The translations under genes and the position numbers were made by a program. A DNA stretch of 64,000 nucleotides from a virus. The first letter of the stretch is position 1, and the number at the start of each line of letters is the position of its first letter. Location: IMG/VR virus record IMGVR_UViG_3300009502_000026, positions 30,091-94,090 of that record; one strand, given 5' to 3'. Shown piece by piece: positions 19,453 to 29,613 of the stretch. Below the pieces are notes generated by a model. That model did not search any database and was not told the DNA's origin. It was given only the letters and a program-made list of their open reading frames with translations.

Positions 19453-19514
19453 CTTCTTGGGGCAATTTGCCCACGTTTAGGTTAGATTATGAGGGAGAGA
19501 AGAGGAGAAACTAG

Positions 19515-20216
19515 TTACGGAAGGAGAGCGCCCGTGTTGTCATACACGGTGATTGCCGCACCAGCCGTATTCCGGTAGGTGAAAGTAGCCTGGAGAAGTC
19601 CGAAGATGTTGCCCTCTGCATAGCTGATGTAGAACGAGGAGTCAGCCGTGAGGATGTCCTTGAACTTCCGGTAATCGAACCTGGAAGCATTCGTGACAGC
19701 CGGGGTTACCATCGGAATGAATGCAGCAGCAACACGCACCTGATAATTGTTGGGGCAAGTGTAGATCGCCCCAGCACAGATACGGAGAACGTCAATCACC
19801 GTACCGGACGAGTTTCCAGCACCCGTCAGGACCGTTCCACCGTTCACTCCAGGCTGTGCCTGAATGACCGTATTGATGTCACCAACAGCAAGAGACGACC
19901 CTGCACGCATCCGAGCAATGATGCCCAGTGCCGCACCATTCGCCTGTGCAGCCGTCAGAGACGGGGTACCCGCACCCTGGTCTTCTACGTTACTGATGAG
20001 ATACGCTGCGAGTCCACGGGTCACACCCTGGACGTACAGAGTTCCCGCACCACCAACACGGGTAACAACGATGTCCCCAACCGGAGCGTTGACGTACCGA
20101 GGGCCCTGGGGATGGGGCTCATTCGGGACATTGTACTGGGACTTGTTCGGCCAGAGATCCTTGATCTGGAGGATCGAATCAGGGATGTCAGTCCTACGCT
20201 TGCACACGAACGGCAT
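19515..20216 (-). CDS. Hypothetical protein, probably virion-associated
   Basis: Long ORF with a good RBS (GAAGAGAGG); Ala/Gly-rich; operon context. Confidence 0.65.
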   Translation of the reverse strand: MPFVCKRRTDIPDSILQIKDLWPNKSQYNVPNEPHPQGPRYVNAPVGDIVVTRVGGAGTLYVQGVTRGLAAYLISNVEDQGAGTPSLTAAQANGAALGIIARMRAGSSLAVGDINTVIQAQPGVNGGTVLTGAGNSSGTVIDVLRICAGAIYTCPNNYQVRVAAAFIPMVTPAVTNASRFDYRKFKDILTADSSFYISYAEGNIFGLLQATFTYRNTAGAAITVYDNTGALLP

Positions 20217-20305
20217 GGGAAACCTCTCTTCTTAGGGACCTAGGTGATGAAGTAAGTGGGAGTCTACAATCTTATAGAGGATAATAGGAACTCCACCGAA
20301 ACAAA

Positions 20306-21070
20306 TTACGGGGAGTGGTTCACGATTGTAATGAGTGCTGTGAAGGGAGGGTTACCTCCGTCCGCTGCCAGATTGATTTCTGGGGGACATGACCCCGTTA
20401 TCTGGATATTCTCTCCAGGCATAATGATAGTCGGAGGCATACCAAGGTTGAAGCTCATGTAGATAGGTGTTCCACGGGGAGTATCTATGTTGAAGAACTG
20501 AAGGGTACAGGCAAACGCTGGAAGCTGGAGACTCATCACCCCTGTAGTATCCAGCGTATCCGGGTATACACCAGCAGCATATCCCCAAGCTAGGTTAGGA
20601 ACTACTCCAGTAACCGTGAACACAGGGGCCGAAGTCACATAGAAGTCCGGGGGTGCAATCACCGTGATTGGACCTTCGGCTTCATACAGACCCGTAGACT
20701 TGTTGAAGGGTCGGATACGAACGTACTGGACATTCTTGTCCGGTGGAAGAGAGCTTGCCACACCTGGATTACTGGCAGTCGTGAACTCATCCGGGTCATA
20801 GACAAATCGGGTGAGGTTCCGGTCATTTTCTCCCGGAAGCATGTTCCGTTTGGAAATCAGGTTCTTGGAAATCCAAAAGTTATTGACAGTATCTTCGTGG
20901 ATTAGAAGGGTCCCAAACCCAGGCACCCCGAACCCTGCCCCATAGGCATCATTCAGACAAGATGCTCCCCGAAGCTGCAACTGGCTAATGTTTGCACGGG
21001 TGGGAATCGTGAGGTTGATCAGGTTCTCAGACCTGTACTGAACACTGGGAACATCTCTCGGACGTGACAT
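20306..21070 (-). CDS. Hypothetical protein
   Basis: 254-aa ORF tightly packed in the operon. Confidence 0.65.
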   Translation of the reverse strand: MSRPRDVPSVQYRSENLINLTIPTRANISQLQLRGASCLNDAYGAGFGVPGFGTLLIHEDTVNNFWISKNLISKRNMLPGENDRNLTRFVYDPDEFTTASNPGVASSLPPDKNVQYVRIRPFNKSTGLYEAEGPITVIAPPDFYVTSAPVFTVTGVVPNLAWGYAAGVYPDTLDTTGVMSLQLPAFACTLQFFNIDTPRGTPIYMSFNLGMPPTIIMPGENIQITGSCPPEINLAADGGNPPFTALITIVNHSP

Positions 21071-21076
21071 GGGCTT

Positions 21077-21454
21077 CTACCCCTTCTTTTCCTGCGTAAT
21101 CATTGGCTCATAAGTGGAAGTGTCTTTCCCCTTCTCAGCCGCAAGTTTCTTGGCTTCCTGCCAAGTACCTACTTGCTCCCCACCTACATTCGGGACTAGC
21201 TTGGCTACAGGGGCTTCCTTCTTACGTTCGGCTTGCTTGGCATCCAGACGGGCATTCTTCTCCCGCATCTGTCCACCAATTCGATTCACTTTCCCAGGCC
21301 AGTCATCCCCCTTGAGGATAAAACTAGCCACTGAAATCTGTCTATTTGCGGTAGCCCCACACTTCTCACAAGTCTGGGGGGTGTCATCATGGATGGAAAG
21401 TCTCCGTTCGAACTCATCGTGACACTTGGAGCACTTGAAATCATAGGTAGGCAC
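21077..21454 (-). CDS. FmdB-family zinc-ribbon protein
   Basis: MPTYDFKCSKC...CEKCG...ILKGDDW. Confidence 0.85.
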   Translation of the reverse strand: MPTYDFKCSKCHDEFERRLSIHDDTPQTCEKCGATANRQISVASFILKGDDWPGKVNRIGGQMREKNARLDAKQAERKKEAPVAKLVPNVGGEQVGTWQEAKKLAAEKGKDTSTYEPMITQEKKG

Positions 21455-21468
21455 TTGGACTTCTCCTG

Positions 21469-22812
21469 TCAGTCCACATTACCCCCGAAAGCTACCTCTT
21501 TGAGAACTCTTAGGGTTGCCAAAACATGCTTGCAAACCTTGTGATTCCCACCAGGGTCCCGAACAGAGGGGTCTGAAGCAGTCCCCCTGGGCTTCCCATA
21601 CAGGTAGCCACCCACCATTGCCCAATGTTCCGGTCCTTGGAACTGCCAGTAGTCACAGGAACAATCCACCTGTATGTGAAGCTTGCTAAGTGACTTGATG
21701 TTACCTTTTCTCAATGCACGAAGCCGAACTCTGTAGGGTTGACCCTTGCTTCCGGGTACTGCGAAATGCCAGATGCCGTTCTTGGCATCGAACCTCTTGA
21801 GCTTGGGTGTGATCCTTCGGGACTTCTCCACTACTTCTATGGGAAGGTCACTTTCAAGGTCTGCCATCTTAGCTGCAACCCTTGACCCAAACGAAGCCTC
21901 CAGGGCGGATTCCGTCAAGATAGACAACACCACCATAGCCTGATGGTCGGAAGCCTTCTTATTTTCGTAGTCAAAACCTTCCGGGATCACCTTTGCAGAC
22001 CCAGGAGCACCCCTAGTCTCCTCACCCCGATCCAAGGTATGCCCTGGCATCTTGGCATCATCTTCAGGGTAAGTGTAAGGCTCCCCATAGGTAGGGGTGG
22101 GAAGGTCTAGGGTATCCCCTGGACGGTCATCCTGGGGTTTCCTCAGAGGGGGGTCAGTTTCCCGGTAGAAGTCAGCTAGGACCCTGTGGACAGAGGCTTC
22201 ATGGGTCTCTCGCCACTCCTTGGCTCGATCCGCAGGGTTCCTCACACCACCCCCAGGAACCCGTTGGAACTTACCCTCAGTCTTCGGGTTTTTCCGGTCT
22301 TCTTGATCAACTGAATACCATTGTTCCCGGTTGATGAAGTCATACCGGACTTTATTTCGTTCTTTGATTTCAGACTTGTTCTTCTCGTAATAACGATGGG
22401 AGTAGAGCTTGGCTTTGTCTCCCTGTGCCTTCTGCTTGGGTATAGGGAATCGTTGCTGCTCTCCAGCTAAAGCTTCGGCTTCCACTCTCCGTGGAGTGAT
22501 GTTATTCTTGTAGGGGTGACCGTATTCCTCCCCAGGCTTACCTAAAGTCCTGATAGGTACCTTCTCCCCCTCACTGGGGTTGGAAGGTCCAGGACCATTG
22601 TAGTTAGCCTCTGGAAGTACGTTGTCTCTACCCTTACCATGTTCCTTCGGGAGGGGGAGTACATCCCTTTCCGCAGAGCCAGGGGTATAGGAATCGCCTG
22701 GAAGAGTACTCTTACCACCTTCTTCAATGCCTTTGTCACTCCTCTCATCTACATAGGTCTTTGTGGACCACTCATTCACGGGAGGACGGACGGCTGTTCT
22801 AGGTGTAGTCAC
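21469..22812 (-). CDS. Charged protein with C-terminal SWIM-type zinc finger
   Basis: VDCSCDYW...VCKHVLA (CxC...CxH). Confidence 0.75.
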   Translation of the reverse strand: MTTPRTAVRPPVNEWSTKTYVDERSDKGIEEGGKSTLPGDSYTPGSAERDVLPLPKEHGKGRDNVLPEANYNGPGPSNPSEGEKVPIRTLGKPGEEYGHPYKNNITPRRVEAEALAGEQQRFPIPKQKAQGDKAKLYSHRYYEKNKSEIKERNKVRYDFINREQWYSVDQEDRKNPKTEGKFQRVPGGGVRNPADRAKEWRETHEASVHRVLADFYRETDPPLRKPQDDRPGDTLDLPTPTYGEPYTYPEDDAKMPGHTLDRGEETRGAPGSAKVIPEGFDYENKKASDHQAMVVLSILTESALEASFGSRVAAKMADLESDLPIEVVEKSRRITPKLKRFDAKNGIWHFAVPGSKGQPYRVRLRALRKGNIKSLSKLHIQVDCSCDYWQFQGPEHWAMVGGYLYGKPRGTASDPSVRDPGGNHKVCKHVLATLRVLKEVAFGGNVD

Positions 22813-22854
22813 GGTACTACTTCCCGTACCTATTGACTAGGAACCGGGCAACCG

Positions 22855-22867
22855 ATAGAATCACTAT
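22855..22867. promoter_or_regulatory. Palindromic class B motif (ATAG-AATCA-CTAT) between divergent genes
   Basis: Reads ATAG-N5-CTAT on both strands, between starts at 22812 (-) and 22885 (+). Confidence 0.6.
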
Positions 22868-22884
22868 CCCCAACGGGAGTTAGT

Positions 22885-23445
22885 ATGACCAACCTCCTGA
22901 ATGTCCTTGACCGAGATTTGGTGATCCTTCACAAGGGAGACACTATCCCTGTAAAGATCAGTGATGCCTTAGCTGCTTCCGGTTGGGCCGGTGGACAGTT
23001 CTGCCGTTGGATTGATGACGGTTCAGGAGACCTTACTGTAGCACTTGCTGATGGTAGGTACTGCGGATTCATGCCATTTGGTAGCAGCGAATCCGGGGAC
23101 CAGTACACCGCAATGACCAATCAGAACCCAACGTATAAGTACGTTGTGATGTTCTTTGGTGGCAACGTAGTCTACACCAAGACCTATGAGACTTACGGGT
23201 ACTTGGCCCGTCATGGTCTGGGCCCCCTTACACCCATTGTCTACATCCCAAACCAATCTCTCTACATTTCAGAGAATGGTAAAATCACAAATGAGGATGA
23301 GTCAGATTTTGCAATCTTCCCTCCCCACACCTTCCCAGATGGTTCACCAATTCTAGTTAGATTTGTATTCTTCGGTGTATGTGCAGTTCCCCCGCAAACA
23401 TCCACCAAGTTCTATCTGGCTACCCAGACCAACTTCGGGGTCTAG
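22885..23445 (+). CDS. Hypothetical protein, possibly a decoration-like virion protein
   Basis: RBS GGGAG. TYETYGY...YIPNQSLYISENGKITNE resembles LYETQ...YMVGNVLIASCNGYL in 34759..35472. Confidence 0.65.
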   Translation: MTNLLNVLDRDLVILHKGDTIPVKISDALAASGWAGGQFCRWIDDGSGDLTVALADGRYCGFMPFGSSESGDQYTAMTNQNPTYKYVVMFFGGNVVYTKTYETYGYLARHGLGPLTPIVYIPNQSLYISENGKITNEDESDFAIFPPHTFPDGSPILVRFVFFGVCAVPPQTSTKFYLATQTNFGV

Positions 23446-24119
23446 GGGTTCTTCGGAGTCTTAGCTGGGGGTTCAGCAATGAACCTATTGAGAAGCGATA
23501 GCTCCATGGCATGGGGTTGCTTCAGGATATCATCTACATCCGGGGGTGCCTTGCGTGCCTGAGCCCTTGCCTTAGCAACGGACACATCTGCATTGTCCAT
23601 CTCTTTGACAGCCTTCCCAGCTATGTCTGAAGTGTTGGACAAAGCCTTTGTCTTGGCTAATTCCTCGACTTCCCGCTTCTCAGGGTTGTCAAAGAACATA
23701 TTTTCAGCAGAAGGGGCACCGGAATTATCCGAGACCCCATGCTTTGCCATGTACTGACTGACAACTGACGTTGCAGAGGGCATCTTCCTTGAAGACCGGA
23801 AATGAGATCCTTGCACAGCATTATCCACTTTCTCACGGTCTGATATTGTCAAAAGGCCCTTCAAGAAATCCTGCCCCATGACTGCCAGAGCATAAGAAGT
23901 ACGATCCAAAGATCGTTCCAACTCTTCCAACTGCTTTGGAGTAGCCTCAAGGATATCCCCAGCAACCTGATAGAAATGGTCCTTGTGCTCGGACCTATCT
24001 ACCAAAGTCATAGCTCTATTCAGAAGATGACTGAGACGATGGGCTCTTACCCTGGCATCCGTGACACCTTCAGTCAGGATTGCCCAGGCAGCTTGACTAG
24101 ATGCAGTACGTTGGGTCAC
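23442..24119 (-). CDS. Hypothetical putative head-core protein
   Basis: Start reassigned to GTG 24119 after AGGGAG (MTQRTASS...); class B motif at 24146..24158. Confidence 0.65.
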   Translation of the reverse strand: MTQRTASSQAAWAILTEGVTDARVRAHRLSHLLNRAMTLVDRSEHKDHFYQVAGDILEATPKQLEELERSLDRTSYALAVMGQDFLKGLLTISDREKVDNAVQGSHFRSSRKMPSATSVVSQYMAKHGVSDNSGAPSAENMFFDNPEKREVEELAKTKALSNTSDIAGKAVKEMDNADVSVAKARAQARKAPPDVDDILKQPHAMELSLLNRFIAEPPAKTPKNP

Positions 24120-24154
24120 AGGTATCTCCCTAACAGGGAGATAGCATAGCAAGA

Positions 24155-25288
24155 TTACTCACTAGAAATGAGTCTGCCCTGCTTCTTGGCAACACCCATC
24201 TCAATGTTCTTCCAGACCATCAGGGGTTCCACAGCCTTGATCCTTGCCAGGATGCCGGGGTTGTCCGAGTACATGTCAATTGCTTCCTTGACCCGGGTCT
24301 TCCAGTGCCGAACCTTCATCTCCCAGATGAAGTCACTCTCCTCCTGGACCACAGGGGGATTGTCTCCAGAGGAAGCAACAATCACCCTAGTAACCTCCGG
24401 GGGTCGGGCTGCATTGGGGAGAAGCCCTTCCAAGGTATCTGAAGCCCTGGGGGATACTACATCACCAGTAGCAGACTCGTAACTGAGGTCTGCACGGGTA
24501 GTAACCGGGGGCTTCGGTTTGGCTTCCAGCCCAATTGCCTTGGGGGGTGGAGAGTTATCGAGCCTGGAAGTCTCCCTCATAGCAGAAGAGGAATCACTCA
24601 CCACTGTAGCCTGCTTTGCAGGAGTGCGAATCTTCCCTACCGTCCTACCAACGGAATCAGGAAGTTCCACCGGGAGAGGCTCAGACATGGAAACCGTTAC
24701 TGTGGGCTCATGGAACTGAGGGGTTGCAGAAACCTTGACCTCATCAGCCTTGGGAACTGAAGCTACCTTCTCCCTGTATGCCTGTGCCGGGGTTACCGGC
24801 TTGACTGAAACAGGGGGAGGGGTGACATTCACCTGAGCTTGTGCCTCAAACTGTGCTCCCTCTGCCTTTTCCCGTGCAGCCTTGGTAGCAAAACCCACAT
24901 ACCGATCTTCCTCAACGATCACCTTGGAGGGGGAAACCGGGGGTGCCTCCTTCTTGACAGAACCCACCACCCGTTCATCATCCGTCACAGTATCCACCGA
25001 CATGGAATTTGGCTTCTTGGCAGGGTCCTGACCCTGTGCTGGACGGACCTTCACCCCAGCCGCAACGGGGAGAAGCTCTGTCATCTCCTCACCTACTGGA
25101 ATGAACCACCCTGCCTTCAATGCAGCATTGAACTCAGGGTAGGCAATCTCCTGACCCTGAAACTTCAGGGTCACACCATCGAACTGCACAACCTCATTCT
25201 GGTTCAAGTCCTTCTGAACCTTGCCCAGATGAATCTTGGTTCTAGCCTTGTAGGCCACGAAAGTTCCTGTCATGAACTCACTCATCAT
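24155..25288 (-). CDS. Hypothetical Pro/Ala/Val-rich protein
   Basis: 377-aa ORF with a low-complexity centre. Confidence 0.65.
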   Translation of the reverse strand: MMSEFMTGTFVAYKARTKIHLGKVQKDLNQNEVVQFDGVTLKFQGQEIAYPEFNAALKAGWFIPVGEEMTELLPVAAGVKVRPAQGQDPAKKPNSMSVDTVTDDERVVGSVKKEAPPVSPSKVIVEEDRYVGFATKAAREKAEGAQFEAQAQVNVTPPPVSVKPVTPAQAYREKVASVPKADEVKVSATPQFHEPTVTVSMSEPLPVELPDSVGRTVGKIRTPAKQATVVSDSSSAMRETSRLDNSPPPKAIGLEAKPKPPVTTRADLSYESATGDVVSPRASDTLEGLLPNAARPPEVTRVIVASSGDNPPVVQEESDFIWEMKVRHWKTRVKEAIDMYSDNPGILARIKAVEPLMVWKNIEMGVAKKQGRLISSE

Positions 25289-25296
25289 CTCACCTA

Positions 25297-25581
25297 TCAG
25301 TTTTGGGGGAGCTTCCCCTCAGTATGTCTCTTCAACAATACCAAGGGTTGAACTGCTTCAGCTAGTCTTTGTTGTAAGGCTACCAGAAAATTAGCACTTA
25401 CCCTTACCCTAGCTACCACTTCAGCCGATGAGTCTACAGGTGAGTACAATAGAAAGTCAAGAAGTGTTTCTTGATCACTCTCTGTGATGACCCTAATGGC
25501 ATTGGTATACACCCCTCTTGGATTGACTCCAACAGCAAGGGTAATCCTATCCGGGTCAAGTTCTACTTTGGTATCACCCAC
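25297..25581 (-). CDS. DUF3467-like protein
   Basis: GVYTN......ETLLDF......VVARVRVS....AL pattern. Confidence 0.65.
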   Translation of the reverse strand: MGDTKVELDPDRITLAVGVNPRGVYTNAIRVITESDQETLLDFLLYSPVDSSAEVVARVRVSANFLVALQQRLAEAVQPLVLLKRHTEGKLPQN

Positions 25582-25641
25582 AAGGCTCTCCGGTAGCTTT
25601 ACTGTACCGAAGCAATCCTAGTGTTCTCGGCTGGAATGAAA

Positions 25642-27384
25642 CTAGACGTAGATACCAGTCAGATTCTCTGCCATGTTCTTACCCGAAAGGGTGATCTGGA
25701 GTCCTACCCCAGTCAGCTTGACCAGACCCTCACCTAGAAGCTTCACAATGATAGGGTTCTTGGGGTCATACTTCCCAAGCCCCTCACGTCCAAAAGCCTC
25801 TCCTCGGGAACCCGCCTTGTAGGACTTGATGATCTTCAGTGCCTTCTTCTCATCCTCCGAGAGCTCAACCTGTGTCTCAGACGGGAGAAGCTTCTGAAGG
25901 TTGTCAGGATTTACATAAACAGAGGCATAGGGTGTTCCCCCAATGAAACCCTTCACAACAGCACCATTCATCGGAATGGGGTAGTTCTTGTCATCCAAGT
26001 CTACCTGATTCTTGGGGTTGAACATGTTTGCCCCTCCCCAGGAACCCCATTCAAGCTTGTAGCGTCCCGTCCCTAGGTCAACTACAGCCGTGAAACCTCT
26101 ACGGCCCTCACCACCGGGATCTACTGGAGAGTAGGTATTTGAAGGGATCACTCTGATGTCCCTACGCCCGTAATCCACTTCTTTCAGAACATTCCTGATA
26201 CCTTGGGGCAAGTCCTTTGTCAACATGTACTGACCCGAAGCTTCCTTGATAAGAGGAAGAAGGTCCCCACGGAACTCAGGATGGGAGTGGGCGAGCTTGA
26301 TGATCTGGGACCGGAGGCTAGCTCTCTTCTGCCCCTGGAAAGGAACATCCATATCAGACATAGCAGCATTGTAAGCTCTCCATACCTGATACATCTTCCG
26401 CATGGGGAAACGGTACTGATCAGCTTCCTCATCGGTCTTGGCACTCATCTGCTTTTTGACAAGATCACTCTTAATATCATCAACAGCATGGAATTCCTTC
26501 TGAACCTTGTCCTTCTCCCCACTCTTCATCCTCTTCACAAGGTCTTTCTGAAGAGCTTTTACTGCCGGATGGCGATATGCCTTGTCCTTGTCCAAGTCTG
26601 CATCTGGCATCTTTTCCATAGCATCCTGAAGATGCTTGGGCATTGCCTTGACCTCTGGGGGAACCTTCAACCCAGGAGGGGCCTTTTGAGGATAGTAACC
26701 GTTCTTCCTCTCATTCTTGTAAGTATCAGACTTGTGGTGCTCATCGTGATTGAAAGCTACTGAATGATTTTCTGGCTTGGCCTTGGGATGAGCCTTGAGG
26801 TACTCATCCATAGCTTCCTGGGTCTTGAACTCCATAGCTGTCTTCAAGATAGGGAGAAGGTCTCCTCGGAACTCAGGGTGAGCATGGGCGAGCTTGATGA
26901 CCTTAGACCGGAGAGATTGTGTGTTCACGTCTGCATTCCTCTGCTTGAGAAGGTAGATGTTCGTCTCATGTGCATTGGCTAGTGCCATGATGAAGTCATC
27001 CAAACCGAGAGTCATCTCCCCAGAACCCTTGATGGCTTCATAGAGTTCCTTCAGAATCACCTGAAGTTTCTCTTCCAACATCAAGGCCCTGAAAGGGATG
27101 TCACCTGACTTCCCATAGTATTTCCTGAGTGCCCGCATTGTGAGGGCTTCAATCCCAAGGGGCTCCACGGCTCCTGGACCAAAGTATGAGACGATCTTCT
27201 CAGCTAGACCATCAACCTCATCTGACACACTCACATAGAGACGGTTGAAAAGATCATGGTCAGAGTAAGAGATAGCCCCATTGGTCTGCCAATGTGAGGT
27301 CCAGTGGGACCAATGCAAAGCCTTCAGAAAGGCTAGGGCCTGTACCAGGAGACTCTTGGTGCTGTCGGAGGAAGGGGTTCCCAT
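25642..27384 (-). CDS. Multi-domain protein: Dps/ferritin-like domain plus two tag-led domains
   Basis: HWTSHWQTNG....DHDLFNRLY....EVDGLAEK (Dps signature). Internal tags at 26836..26916 and 26239..26319. Confidence 0.82.
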   Translation of the reverse strand: MGTPSSDSTKSLLVQALAFLKALHWSHWTSHWQTNGAISYSDHDLFNRLYVSVSDEVDGLAEKIVSYFGPGAVEPLGIEALTMRALRKYYGKSGDIPFRALMLEEKLQVILKELYEAIKGSGEMTLGLDDFIMALANAHETNIYLLKQRNADVNTQSLRSKVIKLAHAHPEFRGDLLPILKTAMEFKTQEAMDEYLKAHPKAKPENHSVAFNHDEHHKSDTYKNERKNGYYPQKAPPGLKVPPEVKAMPKHLQDAMEKMPDADLDKDKAYRHPAVKALQKDLVKRMKSGEKDKVQKEFHAVDDIKSDLVKKQMSAKTDEEADQYRFPMRKMYQVWRAYNAAMSDMDVPFQGQKRASLRSQIIKLAHSHPEFRGDLLPLIKEASGQYMLTKDLPQGIRNVLKEVDYGRRDIRVIPSNTYSPVDPGGEGRRGFTAVVDLGTGRYKLEWGSWGGANMFNPKNQVDLDDKNYPIPMNGAVVKGFIGGTPYASVYVNPDNLQKLLPSETQVELSEDEKKALKIIKSYKAGSRGEAFGREGLGKYDPKNPIIVKLLGEGLVKLTGVGLQITLSGKNMAENLTGIYV

Positions 27385-27417
27385 ACTGCCACCTATTGAT
27401 AGAGGAATGAGTGAGGT

Positions 27418-29592
27418 CTAACTGTCAGCACTTATGCTTAGAGCCAACCTTCGGAGGAGAGAAGCTAGGATATGCTTCTCATTCAATCTGGCAAAGAGAC
27501 GGTCCATGATCGGCATGATTTTCTCTTCGAAGGTCTTCTCCTCAATGTACATATCATTATCGTAGGTCATCCAGTTCAACCATGGATTGCTGATCCCAGA
27601 CTTGCAGAGGCGATGGTAAACATACTGTTCACAGACCCGTGCCCATACCTCAACGGAAGAAAAGGCATAGCTCAACTTCCGACTATCCCCACCATTCATC
27701 TTGGTGTAGTACTTATCCGCTGCCTCCACTAGCACTGGAGAAAGTTCTGTCTTGTACTTTGCTTCTGTAACAGTTTTGTAGTAGTATGGATGATCTTTGG
27801 GAAGATCATACATGCTCTGTCCTGTAAGTTCCTTGATGGCACCTTCCAGAGAGAAATCGTAAACCCCTGGAACCCTATTCTTCCATCGGGTGTAGTCTGG
27901 GGTAACCAGAATAGTTTCTATCAGTTCAGGTATCTCAGGGAAATTGCCTGCTATACGGCCAAAATAGGCATTGGGGGTTTTGAACCATGTTGCAGCATAG
28001 TCCAGGGTCACTCCAGTCCTACCAAAGATATTCCCGTCTGGGGATCTCCTAGCTTCCTCGGGGTTATCCTGAAGGTTTATCCGGTAGGCTAGAAGCTCAT
28101 CCAAGTAGTGACTGAGTTCATGTGCCAGGACACCCTCATAGTCCTCCCCAAATGTCACCCTTGGTTGCCATACGTTTCGATCCTCCCAAGCAAAGTAGCT
28201 AGCCTTTGCCATGAAACCACTAGATCCCCCGAACCTGAAAGCTAGACCCTTCTTGTGCTTACCGCAGAAACCCTTCCCAAACACCCTCTCCAGGTCTGAG
28301 ATAGCTCTGGACACCCTGCCAAGGGTCTCTCTTTTCGATTCTTCAGTGTAGCTCCCCAGGAACTCCACATCACCTGTGTCATGTGTAGTCTGGAATTCCT
28401 CTACAGACATTGGCTTCCAAGTCAGAGGTTCCAAAGGGATACCATCTCTGATAGCCTTGTTCTTCCCCAACTCATCCATGGACTCCTTGATGTTGTCAAG
28501 GAAATACCCGTTAGGGAGAATCTTCCTGTCTACAGCTTCCTGGATGACCCTCTGGAACGAGGGGAGAGTTTTCACCTGATTGAGAACCGTGAGTACCTTC
28601 CGCTGCTCACGAGGGATGTTCTTCTTGCCCTCACTGACCATCTTGACATAGTACTTCCGTAGATTGCTGAGTACAAAGTCAGTGGGACCGTCAACTTCCA
28701 CCTTGGCTTCTCTCTTCAGGATATCCTCAATAGGTTCCTGTACCTGTCCACCCTTGATGATATTGACATGAACTCCAGCCCTACGTTGGGCCTTCAGGAG
28801 TATAGCTTGTGACTTCAGCCAGTAGTCACGCTTTTGCTCCAAAGGGATTGTATCATCGTTTGCAGCATCCTTCCAAGCCTTGTCACTACGGATAACCTCA
28901 CCACGAATCTCGGTTTTCTCCTCTTCGGGCATATCAAACCATGCCCCAGGATTCTCTTCCTCATGGGGGGTGAGTCCCAGACTCCTACCATCCCCTTTAC
29001 CGAGAAGGATTATCTTGCGGAGAAGTACCTTGACCCCCGTAGGGACTGCCTCCAGCCGAAGAACACTCTTGAAGAAACCAGGGTAGTCAATGTCATACTG
29101 AAGGCTTGGGTCACGCTCCTCATCATTGATGTCCATGCTGATTGCTTGTCGAACCACACGGAGCACCAATGGAGATACTTCTTGCCAATGCAATCCTCGG
29201 AGCCCCCGAAGGATCTTGGTTACATAGACAAGTGCCTGACGGTCCTGAGTAGGTAGGAGCTTGGCTACCCCACGTAGGGGAGTAGCAATGATCTTGACCC
29301 CTGGACCGTACTCCCCAGCTTCACATTCATCTGCGAACTGAAGGCAAGCTACAACGAATTCCTTGTGGAAGAATCTCCGAACGGAAAGAAACTTCCGAAC
29401 TTCACCCTCAGTGTAGAACGGGTTATTCAGGATGGCAGACTGAGCAATCTGGAGTGCAATACCTGCCGTGACTACTTCCAAGGCAGGAGTAGGCTGCTCT
29501 TTCTCAGTAGATGCAAGCACAGGTAGAAGATGCACCCGTAGAGATGGGGTTTGCTGGGCAAGATGGATGAGACTTGACCGGAGGTTCATCAT
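27418..29592 (-). CDS. Tagged large protein with a zincin-like HExxH/LPD1-like domain
   Basis: N-terminal tag variant, LAHELSHYLD and EVWARVCEQYV. Confidence 0.75.
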   Translation of the reverse strand: MMNLRSSLIHLAQQTPSLRVHLLPVLASTEKEQPTPALEVVTAGIALQIAQSAILNNPFYTEGEVRKFLSVRRFFHKEFVVACLQFADECEAGEYGPGVKIIATPLRGVAKLLPTQDRQALVYVTKILRGLRGLHWQEVSPLVLRVVRQAISMDINDEERDPSLQYDIDYPGFFKSVLRLEAVPTGVKVLLRKIILLGKGDGRSLGLTPHEEENPGAWFDMPEEEKTEIRGEVIRSDKAWKDAANDDTIPLEQKRDYWLKSQAILLKAQRRAGVHVNIIKGGQVQEPIEDILKREAKVEVDGPTDFVLSNLRKYYVKMVSEGKKNIPREQRKVLTVLNQVKTLPSFQRVIQEAVDRKILPNGYFLDNIKESMDELGKNKAIRDGIPLEPLTWKPMSVEEFQTTHDTGDVEFLGSYTEESKRETLGRVSRAISDLERVFGKGFCGKHKKGLAFRFGGSSGFMAKASYFAWEDRNVWQPRVTFGEDYEGVLAHELSHYLDELLAYRINLQDNPEEARRSPDGNIFGRTGVTLDYAATWFKTPNAYFGRIAGNFPEIPELIETILVTPDYTRWKNRVPGVYDFSLEGAIKELTGQSMYDLPKDHPYYYKTVTEAKYKTELSPVLVEAADKYYTKMNGGDSRKLSYAFSSVEVWARVCEQYVYHRLCKSGISNPWLNWMTYDNDMYIEEKTFEEKIMPIMDRLFARLNEKHILASLLRRLALSISADS

Positions 29593-29613
29593 CCTCCGGT
29601 GAACATAGGAAAG

